Of a stretch of 64,000 nt of DNA, positions 1 to 8,964 are shown one piece after another. Both the position numbers and the translations under genes were made by a program. This DNA comes from a virus (Duplodnaviria; Heunggongvirae; Uroviricota; Caudoviricetes; Herelleviridae): positions 1 through 64,000 of the IMG/VR virus record IMGVR_UViG_3300030514_000001, one strand, 5' to 3'. How positions within the stretch are numbered: the stretch's first letter is position 1; every line of letters starts with the position of its first letter. The notes under the pieces are model-generated. The model saw only the letters and a program-made list of their open reading frames with translations, made no database searches and was not told the DNA's origin.

Positions 1-30
1 CTATTCTCTCATTACCCACTTAACGCGAAA

Positions 31-237
31 ATGTTAGAAGTAGCGCAAAGCCAAACAGACATGCAAGCGAACATTCATGGTCACGTACACAGTATGACAC
101 AAGGGTTAGATAGAGGAGTTCATTTCTGTGTTTGCACAGAACATACGCATTATACGCCTGTTCCGTTCTGGGAGATTAAAGATTACTATAATGCGGGTAT
201 CTACCTAGAGCGAGGTGAAACTAAATTTGCGTACTAA
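31..237 (+). CDS. hypothetical protein at the window edge
   Basis: 68-aa ORF, His/Cys-rich, no clear RBS; overlaps the start of the next gene. Confidence 0.3.
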   Translation: MLEVAQSQTDMQANIHGHVHSMTQGLDRGVHFCVCTEHTHYTPVPFWEIKDYYNAGIYLERGETKFAY

Positions 238-1309
238 GTTCATAGTATTCTCTGATTTCCATTGGCATAACTTCGAGAACTTTGCGAAGCCTGTAACATA
301 TACATACAAAGGTAAAGAGATTCAAATTACTGATAGATTACTAGCGCAATTAAATACAATTAATAGAGTATTTGAAATAGCTCACGAAAACGATGCAGAC
401 GTTCTGTTTGATGGGGATTACTTCCATGCAAGAAACCGCATTACGACTCTAGTATACAATCTAGGGTTTAATGCAATCTATGATAACATGATGAAGTACC
501 CGGATATCAAACTATACATGATTGTAGGTAACCATGACCAAGCAGATTCTAGTGACTTCCCGGAACATAGTTTAGAAAACTTTAAAGCGATTCCTCGTGT
601 AGTAGTTATGGATGATTTTCAACCTGCATATACAGGTTCCTGCATGCTATATCCTATTTCCTATTCTGATAACGTAGAGTTCATTAAAGGTAAGATTGAC
701 GAATTTGCTAGACATGCAAAAGATGAAGATGAACCTACAATTTTAATGGCGCATATAGGAGTAGACGGAAGTGAAACAGGACAGCATTCGCATCGGCTTG
801 GTGGAGCGTTTAATATTAGTGAACTGTACCCTAATGTATTCACTTATGTTACACTAGGTCACTACCATAAGCGACAGTTCTTAGGTGGGACTGATAATGT
901 GTTTTATGTAGGTAATACAATCCCAGAAAGCTTTTCTGATGAGGGACAAGACAAAGGTGTGTTCTTAATTGATTTAGCTAAAGGAGGTAAGCCGGAGTTC
1001 ATCCCAATCGAGAACAAGAAGTTTATCACGCTAAAAGGTGTAGACGAGAATACACAAGAGATTGTAGATAACAACTACATCCGGTTCATCATTCCACAGG
1101 AACTAGCGACAGAGATTGAAGTATTCAAAGAATCGTCAGACACCATTCGTGTAGAAGTACAAAAAGAATACAAAGCAGATTTACGTATCGACATTGAAGT
1201 GGGTTCCAGTGAAGCGGATATTGTCAAAGAATATACGAATAAGTTCTACACAAACGTACAAGATAAGGCTCTAGCAGTCTTACGAGAAGCACAAACATTA
1301 AATGTTTAG
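215..1309 (+). CDS. sbcD: SbcD/Mre11-like nuclease (calcineurin-like metallophosphoesterase)
   Basis: N-terminal IVFSDFHWH (D-x-H), GNHDQ, LGHYHKRQ phosphoesterase motifs; sits directly upstream of a Rad50/SbcC-like gene; GTG start, so the start is uncertain. Confidence 0.75.
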   Translation: MKLNLRTKFIVFSDFHWHNFENFAKPVTYTYKGKEIQITDRLLAQLNTINRVFEIAHENDADVLFDGDYFHARNRITTLVYNLGFNAIYDNMMKYPDIKLYMIVGNHDQADSSDFPEHSLENFKAIPRVVVMDDFQPAYTGSCMLYPISYSDNVEFIKGKIDEFARHAKDEDEPTILMAHIGVDGSETGQHSHRLGGAFNISELYPNVFTYVTLGHYHKRQFLGGTDNVFYVGNTIPESFSDEGQDKGVFLIDLAKGGKPEFIPIENKKFITLKGVDENTQEIVDNNYIRFIIPQELATEIEVFKESSDTIRVEVQKEYKADLRIDIEVGSSEADIVKEYTNKFYTNVQDKALAVLREAQTLNV

Positions 1310-1336
1310 GAGACTAGTAATAGTCTCTTTTTTTAT
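1309..1336 (+). terminator. rho-independent terminator
   Basis: AGACTA-GTAA-TAGTCT hairpin plus T8 after sbcD. Confidence 0.6.
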
Positions 1337-1364
1337 TGACAAACTTATGGTATCATGGTAAGAT
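1336..1364 (+). promoter_or_regulatory. sigma-A-type promoter (TTGACA-17-TAAGAT)
   Basis: -35/-10 hexamers with a 17-bp spacer, directly after a terminator. Confidence 0.5.
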
Positions 1365-1393
1365 TTACTTATTACTATAAGAGGAGGAGAGAT

Positions 1394-1600
1394 GTGAGTA
1401 AAGTTAATGGGAAGTACAAACAGATTCTAAAAGACTTCATTGACACGTTTTACGGAAAAGAAACGGTTTTTTACATTGATTGCAATAAGAAATGGTACTC
1501 CAGACTTACAGGGGAATACCACAACCACGAATACATAGCGGGTTTAGTAAGAGAAATTCAAGAATACTACATGGAATGCGAGGAGGTACGCAATAAGTGA
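1394..1600 (+). CDS. hypothetical small protein
   Basis: GTG start 5 nt after AGGAGGAG; the track start at 1355 lies inside the promoter -10, so it was moved. Confidence 0.5.
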   Translation: MSKVNGKYKQILKDFIDTFYGKETVFYIDCNKKWYSRLTGEYHNHEYIAGLVREIQEYYMECEEVRNK

Positions 1601-3486
1601 AGTGGGACAAGTTAATAGTTCAGAACTTTCTGGCGATTAACGATGCGGAAATTGATTTAGATAATCAAGGTCTTATCTTAATCGAAGGAGAGAACACTAG
1701 TGATGAGAAGTTCGCTAGTAACGGAGCTGGTAAGTCATCCTTAATTCCGGAATCAATTACATGGTGTTTGTATAACAAGACATCTAAAGGACTTAAAGGT
1801 GATGCAGTAGTTAATAATAAAACGAAAAAGAATACAATGGTTGCCTTAATTGGTGAACTAGATGGAGATACATACAGAATTGAACGATATCGTAAGCATG
1901 CTTTACACGACAATAAAGTTCGATTGTTCAGAAATGATATAGATATTACCGCTAAATCGAATGATGATACGAACGCGGAAATTGAAAAACTGTTAAAAAT
2001 ATCACACTTAACATTCATCAACAGTATCTTATTTGCTCAAGGTGAAGGGTTAGGTGCTTTTGCATCTTTAACAGATGCTAGAAAGAAAGAAATTCTAGAT
2101 AGTTTACTAAACTTAGACATCTACTCTACAGCACAGGAGATAGCGAAGAAGAAAGTAAAAGAAGCTATTGAAAGAATCGAAGCGAAGAAACGTGAGATTG
2201 AACGTTTAGAGTGGGACTTAGAACAAGTAGACAAGCTAGAGGAACAAGACATCAAGAACTATGAAACTACGAAGGATATGTTAAAAGAGGAACAAAAGCA
2301 ACTAGCAGACGTTATTAAGTTGCAAAATGATTACCCGGCTAAGTACTTCGGTTTTGTAGAACAGAAGAGGGATAACATTGTAGCTCTGAATAAGAAGCTA
2401 GATGAGCTTTCTAATATCGACATGTCTATAGAAGAAGCAGATTTTAATAGAGCGCACCGAGCGCTAAATGAAATTGAAAATCAACAACGCGATTTAGAAC
2501 GACAGAAAACAGACTTAGTTAAGAGATACAAGAGCTTAAGTTTTAGTGATAACTGTCCAGTATGCGGAACTCCTATGGATAACAGTCATAAGATTGCAGA
2601 GCAAGAGAATATAAAAAATGAATTACGACCTGTTATGTTGGGTATCCAGCAAATAGAACAAACGAAACAACCATACATAGATGCTGTTAACGAAGCGAGA
2701 GCGCGCTACGATGAGAAATTAGTAGAGCAGAAAACAGTCGTTCAAAGACAGCGTGAAATCACAACAGAGATTAACAGAGATGAAGATTATATTCGTACAT
2801 ATGAAATTAACCTTAGACAACTCAAGAGTAATGTAGAAGTCGTTAAAGAGACAATTAAGAAGCTCCAAAACGTCCCTGAGCCTGTTTCAAGAGATAAGGA
2901 AAGGGAAACTATTAACAAGGCAATTAACGTCGCTAAGAAGGAGCTAGTAGCCTTAGAATTAGCGAAGAAAGAAGATGAAGATGTAGTTAAGGTTTACTCG
3001 AACGAAGGAGTTAAATCTCACGTATTAGACTTCATTACACCAGAGCTTAACCAAAGAGGTAACAAGTACTTAAAACAATTAGCCGGAGAGAACATGGAGC
3101 TAGTGTTTAGTACGAGAACGAAGAAGAAAGATGGTACATACTCTGACAAATTCGATGTGCAGATTATCAATACGGTAGGTGGAGATGATTACAAAGCACA
3201 ATCGGGAGGAGAAAAGAAACGAGCAGACTTATCTATCTCTCTTGCGTTACAAGATTTAATCTTAGAAAATACGAACTTCATTGTATATGATGAGGTATTC
3301 GATGCATTAGATGAGGTTGGTGTAGAAAGTACGATTGAGTTGTTAAAAGAACGAGTGAAAACCATACCAACTATATTCGTTATAACTCAAAACGCGCACT
3401 TCAAAGCGCTATTCGAGAAAGTTATTACAATTACAAAAGACAAACAAGGAATTTCAACAATCAAAAGGGGGAAACAAATTGCATGA
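1597..3486 (+). CDS. sbcC: SbcC/Rad50-like SMC ATPase
   Basis: Walker A SNGAGKSS, long coiled-coil, CPVCG zinc hook, signature QSGGEKKRADLSISLA, Walker B IVYDEVFDALD. Confidence 0.85.
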   Translation: MKWDKLIVQNFLAINDAEIDLDNQGLILIEGENTSDEKFASNGAGKSSLIPESITWCLYNKTSKGLKGDAVVNNKTKKNTMVALIGELDGDTYRIERYRKHALHDNKVRLFRNDIDITAKSNDDTNAEIEKLLKISHLTFINSILFAQGEGLGAFASLTDARKKEILDSLLNLDIYSTAQEIAKKKVKEAIERIEAKKREIERLEWDLEQVDKLEEQDIKNYETTKDMLKEEQKQLADVIKLQNDYPAKYFGFVEQKRDNIVALNKKLDELSNIDMSIEEADFNRAHRALNEIENQQRDLERQKTDLVKRYKSLSFSDNCPVCGTPMDNSHKIAEQENIKNELRPVMLGIQQIEQTKQPYIDAVNEARARYDEKLVEQKTVVQRQREITTEINRDEDYIRTYEINLRQLKSNVEVVKETIKKLQNVPEPVSRDKERETINKAINVAKKELVALELAKKEDEDVVKVYSNEGVKSHVLDFITPELNQRGNKYLKQLAGENMELVFSTRTKKKDGTYSDKFDVQIINTVGGDDYKAQSGGEKKRADLSISLALQDLILENTNFIVYDEVFDALDEVGVESTIELLKERVKTIPTIFVITQNAHFKALFEKVITITKDKQGISTIKRGKQIA

Positions 3487-4082
3487 AAGTAGTGAAATTT
3501 AGTGAGGAAGAGGTTCTAGTCATCTTAGAGACTACTTCACAGGACAAAGAAGAAACAAAGGAAATCTTATTACCATACCGGGAGCTATTAAAGTGGTACC
3601 CACTCAATATTAATTATACATACAAGTATTCAACATCTAAAGATATTATGTATCTAGTAAAAGACGGTACATACAAACGAGACTTATACGATGTAAAATC
3701 AACGAAGCAAGCGAAAGCGCTTCCATTAAAGAAAGGCGTTCCATATAACAAGACAGTACATAACCGTAACATGAAGATTGTAAAGTGGGCGGAAGAGAAT
3801 AACTTAATCGAGGTGAGCGAAGAGAAAGTACTATTAACAGACCCGAAGGTTGGTATCTGTCGTGTACTGGAAACGATTGAGTCCATTAAGCAGCACCTAG
3901 TTAAAAAATACATATTTGAAGAAGGAAAGAATACTGACTTTGATATCGATGTGAACTTAGGATTTCCGAAGTTTACGGACGAACTAATTTATAAATATGC
4001 TACGGAAACAGAATTATACCAACTTGAACTATTAGGAGAGGTTTACACTCTACTTAACCTATACAGACGATTAGAAGAGTGA
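3483..4082 (+). CDS. hypothetical protein
   Basis: 199-aa ORF with RBS AAAGGGGGA; overlaps the upstream stop (ATGA). Confidence 0.55.
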   Translation: MKVVKFSEEEVLVILETTSQDKEETKEILLPYRELLKWYPLNINYTYKYSTSKDIMYLVKDGTYKRDLYDVKSTKQAKALPLKKGVPYNKTVHNRNMKIVKWAEENNLIEVSEEKVLLTDPKVGICRVLETIESIKQHLVKKYIFEEGKNTDFDIDVNLGFPKFTDELIYKYATETELYQLELLGEVYTLLNLYRRLEE

Positions 4083-4091
4083 GGGATTTAA

Positions 4092-5162
4092 ATGTTTCTA
4101 GATTTACTTTATCAGGAGCTAGGAGATAACAAACCAGCATCCGGAGGAGAGACACGATTTAATTGTCAGTTTTGTGGTAATACCAAATATAAGTTTTATG
4201 TACATGATGAAACAGGTTTATGGCAATGTAAAGTGTGCGGGGAGAAAGGTAACCCAGTATCATTCGTAATGAAGCATTTCCAAGTTACATTCCCGGAAGC
4301 GAAAGACATACTGGAAACATATGACTATGAGGTTGGAGAATATAATCGTCAATCCTTATCACATCAAAAGTATGGAGCGCATTTAACAGAAGAAGAGCAG
4401 TTATATATGTACATCATGAATCAAGGGGACGTTCCAGAGGATGAGGTAAAGGTGAAATATACTTGCCCTTATCCACCTTCTAATTGTAAGTCACTCATAG
4501 AGAACTTTAATAATCCAGAAGCGTTCCCTTTCTTTGTTTACTTAAATGGTCGCGGTATTACGTTAGAGCAAATTAAACAACATAATATCTCCTACGTTGT
4601 AGATGGGATAGCTAGATTGTCAGATGATAAAGAACTACGATTAATCAACCATTTAGTGTTCTTTGCGTTTGACCCACATAGAAAGGCGATATACTGGAAC
4701 ACGAGGTCTATAGACCCTAAACCATTCATAAAGAGTTTAAACGCTCCAGCGAAGCCGACAGAGTACTCAAAATCGACGGTAGTTATGAATCTCAACAACG
4801 CATGGAAAGAAGATAAGATTGTCATCGTGGAAGGATTCTTTAATATGACCACAATCGGGAACTGTGCAGTTGTTACATATGGTAAGCAGGTATCGAATCA
4901 ACAAATTAAAACGATACTGGAAGCGACCAAGAAAAAGAAACAACCTATCTACATTTACTTGGATAGAGATGGTTGGGGAGAATCGATTAAAGTAGCTGCG
5001 AAGATTCATAGTTTCGAACCGGATAGAGCTGTCTACTATGTGTACAGTGAAGACGACAAGGATGCGAATGATTTAGGTTACGAAGAAGCTTGGAACAGAA
5101 TTAACAACGCGATTCCGGCTGACACAGAAGGGGAAACTATTTTTAGAATGTTACATTTATAA
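4092..5162 (+). CDS. DNA primase (DnaG-type zinc-binding + TOPRIM)
   Basis: CQFCGN...CKVCGEKGN zinc ribbon; TOPRIM-like IVIVEGFFN and YLDRDGWG acidic motifs. Confidence 0.75.
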   Translation: MFLDLLYQELGDNKPASGGETRFNCQFCGNTKYKFYVHDETGLWQCKVCGEKGNPVSFVMKHFQVTFPEAKDILETYDYEVGEYNRQSLSHQKYGAHLTEEEQLYMYIMNQGDVPEDEVKVKYTCPYPPSNCKSLIENFNNPEAFPFFVYLNGRGITLEQIKQHNISYVVDGIARLSDDKELRLINHLVFFAFDPHRKAIYWNTRSIDPKPFIKSLNAPAKPTEYSKSTVVMNLNNAWKEDKIVIVEGFFNMTTIGNCAVVTYGKQVSNQQIKTILEATKKKKQPIYIYLDRDGWGESIKVAAKIHSFEPDRAVYYVYSEDDKDANDLGYEEAWNRINNAIPADTEGETIFRMLHL

Positions 5163-5176
5163 GGAGGAATAAGGAA

Positions 5177-5431
5177 ATGGAATTAACGGTTTATAACAAT
5201 GCAATGTACGACGATGTAGAAAAAGCTTTGGTTCGTGATGATACTGGAGAAGTATTACTTAAAGGTGATGACTACCACGATAAAATTTCTTATCAGATTC
5301 AAGGAATTATCTTTATTTTACATCACTTAGGTTTAATAACATACGATGACTACGCGTACATCGAAACAGATATTACTAGCGAAGACCAGCTATTTGATGA
5401 ACTAGGATTCTATAACCCGGAGGAATATTAA
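5177..5431 (+). CDS. hypothetical acidic protein
   Basis: 84-aa ORF, RBS AAGGAGGAATAAGGAA. Confidence 0.55.
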   Translation: MELTVYNNAMYDDVEKALVRDDTGEVLLKGDDYHDKISYQIQGIIFILHHLGLITYDDYAYIETDITSEDQLFDELGFYNPEEY

Positions 5432-5444
5432 TTATAAAATCTAG

Positions 5445-5473
5445 TTGACATGTAGTAAAGTTAATGATATATT
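5445..5473 (+). promoter_or_regulatory. sigma-A-type promoter (TTGACA-17-TATATT)
   Basis: Consensus hexamers with a 17-bp spacer, upstream of the dUTPase-like gene. Confidence 0.55.
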
Positions 5474-5511
5474 AATAGATGTAGAAAAGAGAAAGAGGAG
5501 GAAAATACATA

Positions 5512-6342
5512 ATGACAGATTCATTGCAATTATCAGAAGTGGATGGGTTAACAATTCACCCACACACAATTAATGTAGATATCGTTATTGGAGATGGTTA
5601 CTTACCGGAGAATGCTCATGGTAACGACTTCTGTGATGACATACGTGCAGCAGAAGGTCGATTAGTTCCGCCTAGCACATTCGCATCAGTTTTAATTCCT
5701 ACAGGTCTTAAGACAGCGTTTGCAGATAGATACGGGATGAAAGCTAACACACGAAGTGGTTCTGCATATCATACGCCTATCATTCTATCGAATTGTACAG
5801 GCATTATCGAAGGTACATACCGTGGGTACTTAGGTATCCTATTACGAAATACATTTGTAGATTCGTCAGTAGTAGACTTCGTTTTCGACGCAAAAGGTAA
5901 ACGAATTCCGTTATCAGAAGTACCGAAAGAAGTACTAGATAATGCTCGTGAGTTCTACGAAGAAGATTCTGTTACTTTAGGGTACGACAAACCTAAGACG
6001 ATGGAAGACTTTAATAAAGAATTACTAGCTTGGAAGAAGCGTAAAGATGCAGGTGAGTTCGCTATTTCTCGACTTACAGCTATCCGTAAAAAGATTGAAG
6101 CGAATCAACAACTAACAATTCGAGAAAACGACGCATGGCTAGACCAAAAAGCTCCGCAGCCATCAGCACAACAACGTCTATTCGTAGACTTAGTACCTCG
6201 TGGAACTATCTATGTAGCGAAAGGTGAACGAATTGCACAGATTCACTACCAAGACAGAATTAAGGCTAACTACAACGTGGTGGACGAGTTAGATGAAACA
6301 AAACGTGGAGATAGTTCATACGGCGGGACAGGTCTTAAGTAA
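5512..6342 (+). CDS. dUTPase-family protein with a large internal insertion (dUTP diphosphatase or dCTP deaminase-like)
   Basis: Motifs NTRSGSA (II), GIIEGTYRG (III), ERIAQIHYQ (IV), KRGDSSYGGTG (V); about 110 aa inserted between motifs III and IV; strong RBS AAGAGGAGGAAAA. Confidence 0.55.
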   Translation: MTDSLQLSEVDGLTIHPHTINVDIVIGDGYLPENAHGNDFCDDIRAAEGRLVPPSTFASVLIPTGLKTAFADRYGMKANTRSGSAYHTPIILSNCTGIIEGTYRGYLGILLRNTFVDSSVVDFVFDAKGKRIPLSEVPKEVLDNAREFYEEDSVTLGYDKPKTMEDFNKELLAWKKRKDAGEFAISRLTAIRKKIEANQQLTIRENDAWLDQKAPQPSAQQRLFVDLVPRGTIYVAKGERIAQIHYQDRIKANYNVVDELDETKRGDSSYGGTGLK

Positions 6343-6599
6343 TGATTACACTTGGGATTATAGTTTACGTTATAATTTCAATAAGGATTTATTACGCCTA
6401 CAAGAAAGATAACACTAATGAGTACACAGGTGAGTGGAAAAGAGGAGAGTCTAAGAAAATAGGTATGCTATTCGGATTCTCCTTCATACCTGTACTGATT
6501 GTATTTGTACTTCTTCTCGTAGGATGTCTATACTTACTCATGAAGATTGTAATGGGTATGCTATGGATTGTTGGTTGGATTGCTGTTAACATGCCGTAA
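6342..6599 (+). CDS. small membrane protein
   Basis: 85 aa with 2-3 hydrophobic helices. Confidence 0.5.
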   Translation: MITLGIIVYVIISIRIYYAYKKDNTNEYTGEWKRGESKKIGMLFGFSFIPVLIVFVLLLVGCLYLLMKIVMGMLWIVGWIAVNMP

Positions 6600-6611
6600 A
6601 GGGGAGATGTT

Positions 6612-6911
6612 ATGCAAAGTAAGGTTACAGAGTACATAGAACAAATTATTACAGCTAAATTAAATCATGATGGTGAGATGATTCTTCGTCTTCAAGAAGA
6701 TGCTACAGACGAGATAGTAGACTTGAAAGATGTAGGTAACGCTATCATCGATGCAATGGATGATTTAATTTTACATATAGATACATCACAAGCAATGACG
6801 GACGCTAGACTACGAGCTATCGTAGAAAAGTTACCGGAGGAAATACAAAATAACATATACGACGACTTCAATGCACATGAAGACGACTTATTTAAAATAA
6901 AAGGAGACTAA
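6612..6911 (+). CDS. hypothetical acidic protein
   Basis: RBS AAAGGGGAGATG; 99 aa. Confidence 0.55.
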   Translation: MQSKVTEYIEQIITAKLNHDGEMILRLQEDATDEIVDLKDVGNAIIDAMDDLILHIDTSQAMTDARLRAIVEKLPEEIQNNIYDDFNAHEDDLFKIKGD

Positions 6912-6917
6912 ATACAT

Positions 6918-7343
6918 ATGGCAACGAAAACAAAGAAAGAGTTACAAGAAGCTATTGAAAATTTACAAACGTTGGTATCACACATCATGACACAAGGCGC
7001 ATTACCTATTGAGGAAATGCAAGTATATATGGAATACTTATTAACAGGACAAGTTAAAAGCGAAGAGCATGCAGAGCAAATTAATGAACTAGCACAACGA
7101 AGCGCTACAATTTCTGATGCTACTATTCTAGCTCGACTATCATTCACTCAAATTATGCAAGAGATTGACGAAAAGTTAACTCACGTAATGCGAGAAGTGC
7201 AGCTTCAAAAGACTGTACTAGAAAAACTAGGTGCTACAGCAGAAATGTATGAAGAAGCCGCAGAATCTCACGATAAAAAAGTAAAAGAAATGATTGAAGC
7301 TCACACAACTAAAAAGGAGGAAGTTGATGAGACTCAAGTGTGA
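6918..7343 (+). CDS. hypothetical coiled-coil protein
   Basis: RBS AAAAGGAGA; 141 aa. Confidence 0.55.
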   Translation: MATKTKKELQEAIENLQTLVSHIMTQGALPIEEMQVYMEYLLTGQVKSEEHAEQINELAQRSATISDATILARLSFTQIMQEIDEKLTHVMREVQLQKTVLEKLGATAEMYEEAAESHDKKVKEMIEAHTTKKEEVDETQV

Positions 7344-7536
7344 AGTGTATCAAGACACTGATTACGGGGTAATAGAGAAAGCCGGAAATGGTTCTGTATT
7401 TATCGAAATAACTAATAATTGTGAAGAGTACGGGAGAGAGACAGCTAGTTTAAGCTTAAAACCGGAAACATTATACAAATGGTTAACGACAGAGTACGAC
7501 ATTAAAACGTTACAAGGAGAAGCAGAGGAGAAATAA
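7327..7536 (+). CDS. hypothetical protein
   Basis: ATG preceded by AAAAAGGAGGAAG; the track start at 7294 was moved to the RBS-supported ATG. Confidence 0.45.
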   Translation: MRLKCEVYQDTDYGVIEKAGNGSVFIEITNNCEEYGRETASLSLKPETLYKWLTTEYDIKTLQGEAEEK

Positions 7537-7567
7537 TTCTCTGCTCTTTCTTCATAAGGAGGATAAT

Positions 7568-7801
7568 ATGGTAGAGTTACAGTTTGAAATCACACCTAAA
7601 AAAGATATTTATAACTTGCATGAGTTAGTAGCTAAAAAAGGTGTCACGTACAAAGGTAAGATTGAAAGTAGGTATGAGTTCATGTTTTATGGGGAGTACA
7701 TCGACATTTTAGGAGAAAATCTACAATCCTATGTCTACGTAGCCCATGACGACACCGACTATACCATCGTAGGAAAAGGAGTGAAGCGTATTGGCAAGTA
7801 G
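7568..7801 (+). CDS. hypothetical protein
   Basis: RBS TAAGGAGGAT; 77 aa. Confidence 0.5.
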   Translation: MVELQFEITPKKDIYNLHELVAKKGVTYKGKIESRYEFMFYGEYIDILGENLQSYVYVAHDDTDYTIVGKGVKRIGK

Positions 7802-8354
7802 TGGTCGAGGAAGTAAGATTAAAGGTAGTACGTATGAACTGAAAATAGCAAAAGAACTATCGGAGTGGTCAGGAGAAAACGTACACAGAGTACCGCAATC
7901 AGGTGCTGGGGGTTATTCGTGGGGTGCAGATTCCCGGATGAATGGTGATATTGTATTCCCAGTAGGAAGTAAAAATCCGTTTGTATATGAGTTAAAGAAA
8001 AGAGAAGGATGGGATTTATCTCACCTATTCAAGAATATCGGACAAATAAAAGAATGGTTTTCTCAAGTCGTAACTGATTCTAGACGAATGAAATCTCATG
8101 GTATGAGTCCGTGCCTAATCTTTTCTAAAAATAGAGATATAAGTTATGTAGTCATTCCGTACAGTGATGACGTTTACGAGAAGTTAAACAAGCATTTTCC
8201 TGTTTCTAGGCAAACTATATCATTTAAAAACATTAGAGAAGAAGATGAATATTTCGATACACTGTTAACAACATTAGATGGGTTTAAATCTTTTGATAAA
8301 GTATGGTTATTTGAACACTATCAAGATTTTGAGTGGGATATACAAAACGGATGA
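7791..8354 (+). CDS. hypothetical protein
   Basis: TTG start with AAAGGAG 9 nt upstream; 187 aa. Confidence 0.5.
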   Translation: MASSGRGSKIKGSTYELKIAKELSEWSGENVHRVPQSGAGGYSWGADSRMNGDIVFPVGSKNPFVYELKKREGWDLSHLFKNIGQIKEWFSQVVTDSRRMKSHGMSPCLIFSKNRDISYVVIPYSDDVYEKLNKHFPVSRQTISFKNIREEDEYFDTLLTTLDGFKSFDKVWLFEHYQDFEWDIQNG

Positions 8355-8905
8355 TAACTTTCGAAAAAGGTACTAGATGTAAAGACCCTTTGTACAAAAG
8401 GTTAAAAAGTGTACATAGGAGTATGATTAATAGATGTTATAACCCTAACTCTTTTGGTTATAAATGGTACAGAGCTAAAGGTGTCACAGTTTGTGATGAA
8501 TGGTTGAAATTAAACGGTTTTATAGAAACAATACACACTGTAGAAGGTTTCGACCTAGATAAATTTTCTAATGGTGAGTTAGAGCTAGATAAAGATAGTA
8601 AAGATTCTAAAAACAAAGTGTATTCACCGGAAACGTGTATTTTTCTTAGTAAGCTCGAAAACAAACAGTATAAACCATCCTACCAGAAAGAGATGATAGC
8701 TTTATCTCCTACAGATGAAGTATACGTATTTAATAACCAGAAGAAATTTTCTTTGGAACATGGTGTATCGGATGCTAGTATTCGAGATGGTTTAAAAGGG
8801 AAAAACAAACTCCCTCTCGGATGGTTATTCGTCTACAGTAAAGGAAAACAGATTACGAAAGAAGAGTTGATTAGTATTAGAGAAGACTTAAAGAAAAAGA
8901 AATAG
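8351..8905 (+). CDS. conserved phage protein, '...RC-NPN...Y-W-Y...G-V-VCDEW' motif family (paralog of the 31287 gene)
   Basis: ATGA start/stop overlap with the upstream gene; shares the RCxNPN...(I/V)CDEWL motif with ORF 31287-31943. Confidence 0.5.
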   Translation: MITFEKGTRCKDPLYKRLKSVHRSMINRCYNPNSFGYKWYRAKGVTVCDEWLKLNGFIETIHTVEGFDLDKFSNGELELDKDSKDSKNKVYSPETCIFLSKLENKQYKPSYQKEMIALSPTDEVYVFNNQKKFSLEHGVSDASIRDGLKGKNKLPLGWLFVYSKGKQITKEELISIREDLKKKK

Positions 8906-8964
8906 TTTTGATATATTATAACTTGTATACATTTAACACATGAGGGAAGAGGGGATTTAAAAGC

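Noticed and set aside
5512-6342. Calling this gene simply 'dUTPase' (dut)
   Set aside because: The motif set is shared with dCTP deaminases and the protein is nearly twice the usual length, so only a family-level call is justified.
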